From contig CAVALS010000014.1 in the NCBI GenBank assembly GCA_963589385.1, positions 1 to 42,051 of the forward strand: a stretch of DNA of 42,051 nt, in the 5' to 3' direction. The first letter of the stretch is position 1. Each line of letters begins with the position of its first letter. Made by a program: the position numbers and the translations under genes. The notes beneath the pieces are model-generated. The model did no database searches and was not told the origin of the DNA. It was given only the letters and a program-made list of their open reading frames with translations. Shown here one piece after another: positions 19,072 to 28,604 of the stretch. This DNA is from Bacteroidaceae bacterium. Its GTDB lineage: Bacteria; Actinomycetota; Coriobacteriia; Coriobacteriales; Coriobacteriaceae.

Positions 19072-20157
19072 ATGGCGCACGATGTAGTCCTGATTCCCGG
19101 TGACGGTATCGGTCCCGAGATTACGCAGGCCATGCGCCGCGTGGTCGAGGCCACCGGTGTCCAGATCAATTGGAATGTCCAGGAGGCCGGTGCCGGCGTC
19201 ATGGACGAGTTTGGCACGCCGCTGCCCCAGCACGTGCTCGATGCGGTCGCCGAGACCAAGGTTGCCATCAAGGGTCCCATCACCACGCCGGTCGGCACGG
19301 GTTTCCGCAGCGTTAACGTCGCCCTGCGCAAGCACTTTGACCTGTACGCCTGCGTGCGCCCCTGCCTGTCGCAGCCGGGCGACGGCTCGCGCTTCCGCGA
19401 CGTCGACCTGGTCATCGTGCGTGAGAACACCGAGGACCTTTATGCCGGCATCGAGTTCGATGAGGGCGCTGCCGAGGTCGAGGAGCTCTCGCAGCTTGTC
19501 GAGCGCTCGGGTCAGAAGACCTTCGCCGCCGATTCCGCCATCTCAATCAAGCCCATCTCCATCGCCAAGAGCCGCCGCATTGTGCAGTACGCCTTTGAGT
19601 ACGCCCGCCGCTGCGGCCGCAAAAAGGTGACGGCCGTACACAAGGCAAACATCATGAAGGCGACCGACGGCCTGTTCCTGCGCGTTGCGCGCGAGGTGGC
19701 CGCCAACTATCCCGATATCGAGTTCAACGACAAGATCATCGACGCCACCTGCATGGGCCTGGTCCAAAACCCCAACGACTTTGATGTCTTGGTGCTGCCC
19801 AACCTGTACGGCGACATCGTGAGCGACCTGTGCGCCGGCCTGGTGGGTGGCTTAGGGATGGCCCCCGGCTCCAACATCGGTGCCGATTGCGCCATCTTCG
19901 AGGCAACGCACGGCTCAGCGCCCGATATTGCTGGCCAGGATATCGCCAACCCCACGGCCGAGATCCTTTCTGCTGCGATGATGCTCGATCACCTGGGCGA
20001 GAACGACGCTGCCAATCGCATTCGCGCCGCCGTATCTGCCACGCTCGACGAGGGCGAGCAGGTTACCGGTGACGTGCGCCGTGCCCAGACCGGTTCCGTC
20101 GAGGGCGCCGTGGGCACGCAGGCCTTTGCCGATGCCGTTATCGCGCACCTGGCCTAA
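19072..20157 (+). CDS. icd: Isocitrate dehydrogenase (isocitrate/isopropylmalate dehydrogenase family)
   Basis: [22 protein letters not shown] (isocitrate-type SxNxxxR), [27 protein letters not shown]. Confidence 0.85.
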   Translation: MAHDVVLIPGDGIGPEITQAMRRVVEATGVQINWNVQEAGAGVMDEFGTPLPQHVLDAVAETKVAIKGPITTPVGTGFRSVNVALRKHFDLYACVRPCLSQPGDGSRFRDVDLVIVRENTEDLYAGIEFDEGAAEVEELSQLVERSGQKTFAADSAISIKPISIAKSRRIVQYAFEYARRCGRKKVTAVHKANIMKATDGLFLRVAREVAANYPDIEFNDKIIDATCMGLVQNPNDFDVLVLPNLYGDIVSDLCAGLVGGLGMAPGSNIGADCAIFEATHGSAPDIAGQDIANPTAEILSAAMMLDHLGENDAANRIRAAVSATLDEGEQVTGDVRRAQTGSVEGAVGTQAFADAVIAHLA

Positions 20158-20283
20158 GGTAGGCACGCTGCAAACGCCTAAATAGTACTTAAGTGTTTGC
20201 GTATAACCTAAGAATCAATACGCCCGGCGCTCTGTCGGGCGTATTCTATTGAGGACTATGTTTCCTAACAAGGAGTAACCGAT

Positions 20284-21378
20284 ATGGGTCTGATTCAAAA
20301 GAAGGACGAGAAGGACGAGATCGACGGCATCCAGATCATCGAGCGCGGCGAAGGCCCCGACGGTGACGAGGACGAGAAGATCGACCTGGTCGCCGGTACG
20401 TCTGCCGAGCACATTGCTGCCGGTACGACGGCCGAGGAGGAGGACGCCCGTCTGGAGGCTCAGATTGCCGCGGATGCCGCTGACGAGAATCTGATGCCCG
20501 AGGCCCAGGATGAGGACGACGATATCCTGGGTTCCGATGAAGACGATCGCGTATCCAAGCACAAGAAGACGATGATTGCCGCCTTTGTGGTTGCAGTCGT
20601 GATCGCTGCGGTGGTCGGCTTCTTTATCGGCAATGGCGGCTTTGGCGGCAAGGGTGTCGGCTCGGCGACCCTGACCGAGGACCAGCTCGATTCGACCGTG
20701 GCAAGCTATAACTACAACGGCAAGAAGAGTGATATCACCGCGCGCGAGGCCATCGAGAGCCAGTACAGCCTCGATACCGTCAAGGATAGTGATGGCAACT
20801 ACACCGCTCCTTCTGCCGACGTCATCCTGTCCTACGTGCGCAACAAGATCCTGCTCGATGCCGCCGAGGACGAGGGCATTACCGTCTCTTCCAAGGAGAT
20901 GAAGAAGTACGCCGAGGATTCCATCGGCACTTCTGACTACAAGACCATGGCCACGCAGTATGGCGTGTCCAAGGACCAGGCCAAGCAGATCGTCCGCCAG
21001 TCCGCGACGCTGCAGAAGCTCTACAAGAAGAAGGTGGGCGATAGCTCCGCAAGCATGCCGACCGCTCCGACCGAGCCTTCTGACGGCAATGAGGACACCG
21101 CGAGCAAGGATTACGCCGACTATATCATCAACCTTGCCGGCGACGAGTGGGATAGCTCAAAGGGCACTTGGAAGGACGCCGACGGTACCTATGCTAAGGC
21201 ATTTGCCGACGATGCCTTTACGGCCGATAGCGCTACCTATAAGCAGGCCATGACCGCCTACTACACTGCTTATCAGCAGTATTCCTCGCAGGCTTCGAGC
21301 GCCAGCTCCAAGTGGACCGAGTATGCTAACGGCCTCTACGCCAAGGCCAACATCAGCATCTACGGCCTGTTTGCGTAA
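20284..21378 (+). CDS. Membrane-anchored protein with acidic N-terminus and SurA/PrsA N-domain-like extracellular region
   Basis: Acidic cytoplasmic segment, one TM, then NKILLDAAEDEGITVSSKE resembling the SurA N-terminal domain; AAGGAG RBS. Confidence 0.65.
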   Translation: MGLIQKKDEKDEIDGIQIIERGEGPDGDEDEKIDLVAGTSAEHIAAGTTAEEEDARLEAQIAADAADENLMPEAQDEDDDILGSDEDDRVSKHKKTMIAAFVVAVVIAAVVGFFIGNGGFGGKGVGSATLTEDQLDSTVASYNYNGKKSDITAREAIESQYSLDTVKDSDGNYTAPSADVILSYVRNKILLDAAEDEGITVSSKEMKKYAEDSIGTSDYKTMATQYGVSKDQAKQIVRQSATLQKLYKKKVGDSSASMPTAPTEPSDGNEDTASKDYADYIINLAGDEWDSSKGTWKDADGTYAKAFADDAFTADSATYKQAMTAYYTAYQQYSSQASSASSKWTEYANGLYAKANISIYGLFA

Positions 21379-21420
21379 AGAGTCGCACGGCTCATCGAGC
21401 ATCTAGCCGATAGACAGCAG

Positions 21421-21459
21421 AAAGTCCGCCAGTACGGAAGTCGTTCTGGCGGACTTTTT
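21421..21459. terminator. Bidirectional terminator
   Basis: AAAGTCCGCCAG / CTGGCGGACTTTTT between convergent genes. Confidence 0.85.
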
Positions 21460-21481
21460 GCGTTGAGGCGTGATTGGTGGC

Positions 21482-21730
21482 TTAATTATGGCTATTCATC
21501 TTTAAGTCCAAAAGGCTATCGGCTTCATCGTCGGATATATATTCCAGTACATCGCCCGGTTGGCAATCGAGTGCCCGGCATATCGCGTCAAGAGTTGAAA
21601 AACGCACGGCAGAAACCTTGCCAGTCTTTATGCGCGACATATTGACTTGGGAGATGCCCACGCGTTCCGCAAGTTCTTTGGATGAGATCTTGCGTTCGGC
21701 GAGCATGCGGTCGAGCCGCAGAATGATCAT
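21482..21730 (-). CDS. Cro/C1-type (YozG-like) HTH regulator
   Basis: ELAERVGISQVNMSRIKTGK..AVRFSTLDAICRALDCQPGD. Confidence 0.92.
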   Translation of the reverse strand: MIILRLDRMLAERKISSKELAERVGISQVNMSRIKTGKVSAVRFSTLDAICRALDCQPGDVLEYISDDEADSLLDLKMNSHN

Positions 21731-21739
21731 GGATTCCCC

Positions 21740-22378
21740 CTAGAGCAACTCGTCATCTTGTTTTTGCAGGATACACCCGTAGCGGAAGATGCCGGCAATC
21801 AGGATAATAATCAGGCCTGCAAAGAGCATAGAGGGCTCGAACAGCTGGCCGCCGAAGGCATCTGTAAAGCTGCCGCCAAATCCCGAAAGCATCAATCCCG
21901 TGACTATGGCACCAAGGAGTCTCACGGCAGCGCCGCCGATAAGGAACAAAAGCCCAACTCGATGTAGCATACGGCTGCATTCAAGGTCAAAGGGTCTGCC
22001 CGCCTTTTCAATGATGGAGAAAAGCTTGTATGCGCTCAGTGCGATAGCGAGCGCGAGGAATGTCATCATGACGCTCCCCATGGCGGTGTGACCGTCGTGC
22101 GCGATGAGCATAAGTGGGGTCTGTGCATTGGCACCGACGAGAGCGAGGCACGGTCCTTCGCCGGCTTGAAGTTCTACGGATTGGAGACAGAATCCTTGGG
22201 AGAGACTGGGCAATATGAGTAGAAGGTCGATTGCAATGACTGCGAAGAGTCCCAGAGCGAGTGCCGCAGTGGCGCAGATTGTGGCCCATTTGCAGATGCG
22301 GGTGAGCCTCCTCAGCTCGGCTATTGTCTGTTCGCGACCGATGGCTTCATTCGATGTGGATGCGTTCCGGCGGATCAT
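21740..22378 (-). CDS. DUF2975-like membrane protein
   Basis: Four TM segments, GRPF motif, C-terminal IFRYGCILQKQDDELL; typical partner of the YozG-like HTH; GGAGG RBS. Confidence 0.8.
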   Translation of the reverse strand: MIRRNASTSNEAIGREQTIAELRRLTRICKWATICATAALALGLFAVIAIDLLLILPSLSQGFCLQSVELQAGEGPCLALVGANAQTPLMLIAHDGHTAMGSVMMTFLALAIALSAYKLFSIIEKAGRPFDLECSRMLHRVGLLFLIGGAAVRLLGAIVTGLMLSGFGGSFTDAFGGQLFEPSMLFAGLIIILIAGIFRYGCILQKQDDELL

Positions 22379-22950
22379 AGCCCCTCCAACCAATCTCTTG
22401 GATGATACTTGTATCTTATATTATAATTAATGACAAACGATAAATAATTACGGATACTGACTAAGTAATGATTGAAAACGATTAGCATGAACTATTAGCT
22501 CGTTTTGAGTGTCGGAGTTCGGCGCGCGGGGGATGAGGACAAATGTCAAAACTTCCCGTGATCGCACAAGCGCTCCATTGTGTTTCCCTAATTCATCTGG
22601 GAAAACAACTGCAAACGATTGCAAGTAACCGGTGAACGGTCGAAAACTACCGTTCACCGATAATCTCAAAACTGGTTCTAACTGGTATTAAGTCAAAAAG
22701 ACCAATTCACATATCTTCACAATGACCTGCAATTTTTCAACACGCTATTTTTTGCCGCCCTGCGTTGTTTAGACACAAAAAAAGTTCCGATCTTTTGCCA
22801 AAGCGTTTCGAAACGGTTTCAAAACCGCAGGTAGAAGTGTTAACGAGCGGTAAACGGTCGATTTATCACCGTGAGCGGTGCAAAAACGTTTTACCGTATG
22901 AATCAACGAAAGCGACCTCTTCTGGGGTGATATAGTGACAACAACACGTC

Positions 22951-22968
22951 ACGTGGTTACTACCAGTT
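22951..22968 (+). promoter_or_regulatory. Candidate GntR(HutC/DasR-type) operator upstream of the PTS operon
   Basis: TGGTTACTACCAG (22954-22966) is identical to 27247-27259 upstream of agaS; TGGT-N4-ACCA semi-palindrome. Confidence 0.65.
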
Positions 22969-23082
22969 TAGAAACCACTGGTCTTCAAAGAACGCTTTCT
23001 AAGAAGCTTTAAGGGCGAGCGCCCGCTGGCTTCCGAAAATCATCGGACTCAGATTGTACACACCTTCGGAAGGGAAATTTGA

Positions 23083-23526
23083 ATGGTTGGCTTTATTCTT
23101 ACCGGTCATGGACAGTTCGCACCCGGCCTTGCAAGCGCTATCGCTATGGTTGCCGGCGACCAGCCTGCTTTTACCGTCGTTCCTTTTGAGGGCGACCAGG
23201 CTGCTTCCTACGGTGAGGATCTCCGCGCCGCTATTACCGCCATGCGCGAGGAGTGCGATGGCGTGCTCGTCTTTACCGACCTGCTTGGCGGCACCCCGTT
23301 CAACCAGTCGATGATGATTGCCCAGGATGTCGACAATGTCGAGGTTCTGACCGGCACTAACCTTCCCATGGTTATTGAGCTTCTGTTCCTCCGCGGCAAC
23401 GCCACGCTCGCCGAGCTTGGCGAGCAGGCCGTGACCGTTGGCCAGACGGGCATCACCGCCCAGACGGTCGCATCCGTTGCCGACTCCGAGGAAGAGGATA
23501 TCTTCGGCGACGAGGACGGCATCTAA
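23083..23526 (+). CDS. agaF: PTS mannose-family EIIA (GalNAc-type)
   Basis: LTGHG phospho-His, FTDLLGGTPFN, GTNLPM. Confidence 0.85.
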   Translation: MVGFILTGHGQFAPGLASAIAMVAGDQPAFTVVPFEGDQAASYGEDLRAAITAMREECDGVLVFTDLLGGTPFNQSMMIAQDVDNVEVLTGTNLPMVIELLFLRGNATLAELGEQAVTVGQTGITAQTVASVADSEEEDIFGDEDGI

Positions 23527-23807
23527 TGGCCGATTTCGGAGCCAACGTCCTGAGCTCCTCGGTCGCCCTTTTAGGCCTGCTCGCCATCATGGGCTTGATT
23601 TACACCATCTGGTCGCAAATCAACATGAAGAAGAAGCAAAAGTACTTCAAGGAGCTGCACACCGAGCTCAAGCCGGGTCAGGAGGTTCTTTTCGCCGGCG
23701 GTATCTACGGAACCGTCAAAGGCATCGAAGGCGAGAAGGTCCAGATCAAAGTCCGATCCGGAGCCGTCGTAGATGTTTCGCGTTACGCGATTCAGGAGAT
23801 CAAGTAA
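23526..23807 (+). CDS. YajC-like small membrane protein within the PTS operon
   Basis: One TM then LKPGQEVLFAGGIYGTV; translationally coupled to EIIA. Confidence 0.8.
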   Translation: MADFGANVLSSSVALLGLLAIMGLIYTIWSQINMKKKQKYFKELHTELKPGQEVLFAGGIYGTVKGIEGEKVQIKVRSGAVVDVSRYAIQEIK

Positions 23808-23843
23808 CTGTCGTCAGCAAATAACGAAAGGAAGCTGATCAAC

Positions 23844-24326
23844 ATGGCAGAACCCAACATTCTTCTTACCCGCATCGATAACCGACTGGTTCATGGTCAG
23901 GTTGCCACCCAGTGGAACTCCACCCTGGGCTCCAACCTCATCCTCGTCGCCAACGACGACGTGGCGACTAACACCATGCGCCAGAACCTCATGAAGATGG
24001 CCGCTCCCGCCGGCGTCGCTACGCGTTTCTTCTCTCTGCAGAAGACCATCGACGTCATTGGCAAGGCGAGCCCGCGCCAGAAGATCTTCATCGTGGCCGA
24101 AACACCGGAAGACGTGCTTACGCTCGTCAAGGGCGGTGTGCCTATAAAGAAGGTAAACATCGGCAACATGCACATGTCGGAAGGAAAGCGCCAAGTCGCC
24201 ACCTCCGTCGCAGTTAACGACGAGGATGTCGCTGCGTTTAAAGAGCTGCAGGAATTGGGGGTGGAGTTGGAGATCAGGCGCGTTCCGAGCACGCCTGTTG
24301 AGGACACGAGCAAGCTCTTCTCGTAA
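23844..24326 (+). CDS. agaV: PTS mannose-family EIIB (GalNAc-type)
   Basis: TRIDNRLVHGQV with phospho-His; VNIGNMH. Confidence 0.88.
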   Translation: MAEPNILLTRIDNRLVHGQVATQWNSTLGSNLILVANDDVATNTMRQNLMKMAAPAGVATRFFSLQKTIDVIGKASPRQKIFIVAETPEDVLTLVKGGVPIKKVNIGNMHMSEGKRQVATSVAVNDEDVAAFKELQELGVELEIRRVPSTPVEDTSKLFS

Positions 24327-24416
24327 TCCTCATGATCCACGTTGTCAGGAATGAAACCCTGACATTCTGTACGTGAAATCCAAAGTGCGTACATTCATTT
24401 TGAAAGGAGGAGCAAG

Positions 24417-25217
24417 ATGGAATACTCGATCATCCAGATCGCTCTGGTCTTCGTCGTCACGTTCATCGCGGCAATCGACCAGTTTGACTTCCTCGAGTCT
24501 CTCTATCAGCCCATCGTCACCGGCGCCGTCATCGGTCTTATCCTTGGCGACCTCAACACCGGTCTTCTCGTGGGTGGTACTTATCAGCTCATGACGATCG
24601 GCAACATGCCGATCGGAGGCGCTCAGCCGCCTAACGCCGTCATTGGCGGCATCATGGCAGCCATTCTCGCTATCGCTACGGGTCTCGAGCCCAACGCGGC
24701 AGTCGGCCTTGCCATTCCGTTCGCCCTGCTTGGTCAGCTCGGCGTTACCCTGGTCTTCACGCTTATGTCCCCGCTTATGTCCACGGCCGATAACATGGCT
24801 CATAACGCGGACACCAAGGGCATCGAGCGCCTGAACTACTTCGCCATGGCTCTGCTCGGCCTGATCTTCGCTGTCGTCGTCACCCTGTTCTTCATCGCTG
24901 GCGCTACCATTGGTCAGACCATCGCTTCCGCCATCCCGACTTGGCTGCAGACCGGTCTGTCCGCTGCAGGCGGCATGATGCGCTTCGTCGGCTTCGCCGT
25001 CCTGCTCAAGGTTATGATGAACCGCGATATGTGGGGCTTCTTCCTCATGGGCTTTGGCCTCGCGCTCATCACCGTTGCCAACGATTCTCTGGCAACCCCT
25101 GCTCTGCTCATCCTCGCTCTCATCGGCTTCGGCATCGCTTTCTGGGACTTCCAGCAGCAGACCGAGCTGAAGGGTGCAGCTGTTTCTGACGGAGGTGACT
25201 TCGAAGATGGCATCTAA
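24417..25217 (+). CDS. agaW: PTS mannose-family EIIC (GalNAc-type)
   Basis: QPIVTG, IGGAQPPN, GGMMRFVGFAVLL, ends in EDGI. Confidence 0.85.
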   Translation: MEYSIIQIALVFVVTFIAAIDQFDFLESLYQPIVTGAVIGLILGDLNTGLLVGGTYQLMTIGNMPIGGAQPPNAVIGGIMAAILAIATGLEPNAAVGLAIPFALLGQLGVTLVFTLMSPLMSTADNMAHNADTKGIERLNYFAMALLGLIFAVVVTLFFIAGATIGQTIASAIPTWLQTGLSAAGGMMRFVGFAVLLKVMMNRDMWGFFLMGFGLALITVANDSLATPALLILALIGFGIAFWDFQQQTELKGAAVSDGGDFEDGI

Positions 25218-26289
25218 TGAGTATGTAATCCCGGAGCACTACGAGGATCTCACTCCTGCTCCGCAGCTCGACCAGAAGACCCTCAACAAGATGGCTTGGC
25301 GCTCCTGCTTCCTGCAGGCCTCGTTCAACTACGAGCGTATGCAGGCCGCTGGCTGGCTCTACTCCATCATCCCCGGTCTGGAGAAGATCCACACCAACAA
25401 GAACGACCTCGCGGCTTCCATGAGCCACAACCTGGAGTTCTTCAACACCCACCCGTTCCTTGTCACCTTTGTTATGGGCATCGTGCTTTCGCTCGAGCAG
25501 AACAAGGTTGACATCCCCACGATCCGCGCCGTCCGCGTCGCCGCAATGGGCCCGCTCGGTGGTATCGGTGACGCTCTGTTCTGGCTGACGCTCGTGCCTA
25601 TCACGGCCGGCATCACCTCCAACATGGCCATCAACGGCAACGCTGCTGCACCGATCATCTTCCTGGTGATCTTCAACGTCGTCCAGTTCGCTCTGCGTTT
25701 CTGGCTCATGAACTGGTCCTACAAGCTTGGCACCAGCGCTATTGACGCTCTGACCGCCAACATGCAGGCCTTCACGCGTGCCGCTTCCATCATGGGCGTC
25801 TTCGTCGTCGGTTGCCTGGTCGTCACCATGGGTGGCACCCAGATCAACCTCCAGATCCCCAACGGCACCACTCGTGGCCTCTCCGCTACTACCGTGATCG
25901 TCTCCGAGAAGGAGGCCGAGAACTTCACCGGTATGGAGGGCATCGATACCGAGACCGCTGAGGCCGGTACCATCGCCATGACCGATGAGGACGGCAACGC
26001 CCTTACCGCTTCCGATGCCGACGGCAACGCTGTCGAGTGCGGCGTCACCGATCTGGGCAACGGCATGGAGTCTGTTACCTACGGCACCGTTACCGAGGAT
26101 CCGGTCAACTTCTCTGTTGCCGACACCCTCAACACCATCGTCCCGAAGCTCGTCCCGCTTATGCTTACGCTGCTGCTTTACTACATGTTCGCTAAGCACA
26201 GCTGGACCCCGACCAAGGGCATTCTCCTGCTCTTCGTCCTTGGCATCCTGGGCGCTGGCCCGCTTGGTCTCTGGCCGAGCATCTGGTAA
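25207..26289 (+). CDS. agaE: PTS mannose-family EIID with large acidic insertion
   Basis: QASFNYERMQ, FFNTHP, MGPLGGIGD; overlaps the EIIC end. Confidence 0.85.
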   Translation: MASNEYVIPEHYEDLTPAPQLDQKTLNKMAWRSCFLQASFNYERMQAAGWLYSIIPGLEKIHTNKNDLAASMSHNLEFFNTHPFLVTFVMGIVLSLEQNKVDIPTIRAVRVAAMGPLGGIGDALFWLTLVPITAGITSNMAINGNAAAPIIFLVIFNVVQFALRFWLMNWSYKLGTSAIDALTANMQAFTRAASIMGVFVVGCLVVTMGGTQINLQIPNGTTRGLSATTVIVSEKEAENFTGMEGIDTETAEAGTIAMTDEDGNALTASDADGNAVECGVTDLGNGMESVTYGTVTEDPVNFSVADTLNTIVPKLVPLMLTLLLYYMFAKHSWTPTKGILLLFVLGILGAGPLGLWPSIW

Positions 26290-26355
26290 GGCTCTAGCTT
26301 GAGGGGTGTGTCCCTACGCGGCTCACACCCCGACCCCTTAAGCCATGTGTATGTT

Positions 26356-26394
26356 AAAAGCCGCGTGCTCGAAAGAGCGCGCGGCTTTTGTTTT
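26356..26394 (+). terminator. Intrinsic terminator after EIID
   Basis: AAAAGCCGCGTGCTC-GAAA-GAGCGCGCGGCTTTT. Confidence 0.85.
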
Positions 26395-26474
26395 CTTAAT
26401 GATTCGGGTGTGGCAGACAGATAATGCATAACACCCTAGGTAGTTAGCCGAATTCGAGCAAAAGGGAGGATAGG

Positions 26475-27206
26475 ATGGCGATCGGAGCGCGTAAGCAACC
26501 GCTGTACGATCAGCTGGTCGATATTCTGACCGAAAAGATTGACCATGAATATCGCGCCGGTGACATGATTCCTTCCGAGCGCGAACTTTCGGAGCGCTAT
26601 GGTCTCTCGCGCACTACGGTACGCCTGGCTCTGCAGGAACTGGAGCGTTTAGGACTGGTGGTTCGGCAGCACGGTCGCGGTACCTTTGTGACCGACCGTT
26701 CGGCAAAGGCAACCAATCTTATGCAGTCCTACAGCTTTACCGAGCAGATGCGCGCGATGGGTCGCGACCCCGAGACCACGATTCTCGATTTTTGCGAGAT
26801 GGAGGCCGATAAGAATCTGGCTGAGCATATGGGATTGCGTATCGGTGATCGCATTTTTAAGCTCAAGCGTCTTCGTTCTGCCGACAACATGCCCATGATG
26901 GTCGAACGCAGCTATCTACCGGTTCGTCAATTTCTATCCCTAAAGCGACCACTGCTAGAGCGTAAGCCGCTTTACGATGTGATTGAGCAAGACTTTCAGC
27001 AAAAGATACGCGTGGCCGAAGAGGAGTTCTATGCGAGCATAGCCCGTCCCACCGATGCTCACCTTTTGGGAATTGTCGAGGGCTCGCCTGTGCTCGACTT
27101 GGTCAGGACTACGTATAACGAGTCAAACGAGGTTGTGGAGTATACACTCTCGGTTGCTCGTGCCGATCAGTTTAAATACAAGGTTTACCACCAGCGCAGC
27201 AACTAG
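26475..27206 (+). CDS. GntR (HutC/UTRA) transcriptional regulator, likely AgaR-type
   Basis: [21 protein letters not shown]...GRGTFV plus UTRA domain. Confidence 0.92.
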   Translation: MAIGARKQPLYDQLVDILTEKIDHEYRAGDMIPSERELSERYGLSRTTVRLALQELERLGLVVRQHGRGTFVTDRSAKATNLMQSYSFTEQMRAMGRDPETTILDFCEMEADKNLAEHMGLRIGDRIFKLKRLRSADNMPMMVERSYLPVRQFLSLKRPLLERKPLYDVIEQDFQQKIRVAEEEFYASIARPTDAHLLGIVEGSPVLDLVRTTYNESNEVVEYTLSVARADQFKYKVYHQRSN

Positions 27207-27243
27207 TGTTTGCATCGTTTCCATATGGTGATTCTTTGCATTT

Positions 27244-27281
27244 AACTGGTTACTACCAGATAACCAACCGAAGTGTATAAT
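27244..27281 (+). promoter_or_regulatory. agaS promoter with overlapping operator
   Basis: ACTGGTTACTACCAGA over the -35 region and TATAAT at 27276-27281. Confidence 0.65.
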
Positions 27282-27320
27282 TGCACGTCAGAGGATTACT
27301 TCTAGAGAGAGGTATTAGAA

Positions 27321-28487
27321 ATGTTCGAGAAGAGTGTCGAGGAGCTCACCGAGCTCGGCGCCCAGATCACCACGGCCGAGATTGCTCAGCAGCCCGAGCT
27401 TTGGCGCGATACGCTCAATATCTATCGCGAGAACAAGGAGGCCATCGAGGCCTTCCTGGCCGAGGCTCGCGCTATGGGCGAGGGTCGTCTGTCCGTTGTC
27501 TTCACCGGTGCCGGTACGTCCGACTACGTTGGCGATACCTGCGCCCCGTACCTGCGTCACGCTGGTAACACTGATCTCTACGACTTTAAGCCCATCGCCA
27601 CGACCGACATCGTGAGCGCCCCGCGCGACTTCCTGCGCGCCGAGGATCCCACGCTCGTGGTTTCCTTTGCCCGCTCTGGCAACAGCCCCGAGAGCCTTGC
27701 CGCCGTTGCCGTTGCCAAGGAGCTCGTCCACAACGTCAAGTTCCTCAACATCACCTGCGCTCCCGAGGGCAAGCTTGCCGTCGAGTCTGCCGATGATCCC
27801 AATGCGCTGACGCTGCTCATTCCGCGCGCCAACGACAAGGGCTTCGCCATGACCGGTTCTTATTCCTGCATGACCCTGCTCTCCACCCTTATTTTCGACA
27901 CTGCCTCTGACGAGCAGAAGGCCGAGTGGGTCGAGACGATTGCCAAGATGGGCGAGGAGGTCATCTCCCGTGAGCCTGAGATCGCCGATTACCTGGCTGG
28001 CGATTTCAACCGCGTGACCTACTTGGGTTCTGGCTCCTTCGGTGGCCTTGCTCAGGAGAGCCAGCTCAAGATCCTCGAGCTCGCTCACGGTCTGGTCGCT
28101 ACTTCCTACGACACCTCCATGGGCTATCGTCACGGACCTAAGTCCTTCGTCGACGATAAGACGCTCGTCTTCGTGTTCGTCAACAACGACGCCTACACCC
28201 GTCAGTACGACATCGACATCCTCAACGAGATCGGTGGCGACGAGATCGCTCAGCACACCATCGCCGTTCAGCAGGAAGGTGTCACCGTCTATGAGGGTGA
28301 GTCCTTCACCTTTAAGGGCTACGAGGCACTTCCCGAGGGTTACCTTGCTCTGCCGTTCGTGATGTTTGCCCAGGCTATCAGCTTGCTCAACTCCGTCCGC
28401 GTGGGCAACACGCCCGATACGCCGAGCCCCACCGGCACGGTCAACCGCGTGGTTAAGGGCGTGACGATTCACCCCTTCACCGCTTAA
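27321..28487 (+). CDS. agaS: Galactosamine-6-phosphate isomerase/deaminase (SIS domain)
   Basis: TTAEIAQQP, TGAGTS, SFARSGNSPES, GFAMTGS, RHGPKS, PDTPSPTGTVNRVVKGV. Confidence 0.92.
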   Translation: MFEKSVEELTELGAQITTAEIAQQPELWRDTLNIYRENKEAIEAFLAEARAMGEGRLSVVFTGAGTSDYVGDTCAPYLRHAGNTDLYDFKPIATTDIVSAPRDFLRAEDPTLVVSFARSGNSPESLAAVAVAKELVHNVKFLNITCAPEGKLAVESADDPNALTLLIPRANDKGFAMTGSYSCMTLLSTLIFDTASDEQKAEWVETIAKMGEEVISREPEIADYLAGDFNRVTYLGSGSFGGLAQESQLKILELAHGLVATSYDTSMGYRHGPKSFVDDKTLVFVFVNNDAYTRQYDIDILNEIGGDEIAQHTIAVQQEGVTVYEGESFTFKGYEALPEGYLALPFVMFAQAISLLNSVRVGNTPDTPSPTGTVNRVVKGVTIHPFTA

Positions 28488-28504
28488 TCGCGTCCCCCTG
28501 TAAG

Positions 28505-28547
28505 GGCGCCCGTCCGCTCATAACGGCGGGCGGGCGCTTTTTGTTTT
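28505..28547 (+). terminator. Intrinsic terminator after agaS
   Basis: GCGCCCGTCCGC / GGCGGGCGGGCGC plus T-tract. Confidence 0.75.
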
Positions 28548-28604
28548 ACGTGAGCTGGGTATAAGCATTACCACAGTCAACTGCTTTAGAAGCGAGGAGT
28601 GCAT

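Noticed and set aside
855..19335. Long antisense ORFs (855-2309, 2906-4183, 5436-7574, 10749-11990, 16490-17908, 17905-19335)
   Set aside because: Shadow frames of high-GC3 genes, opposite well-supported CDSs and without motifs.
22448..22669. 73-aa minus-strand ORF
   Set aside because: No RBS or motif; lies in an AT-rich divergent regulatory region.
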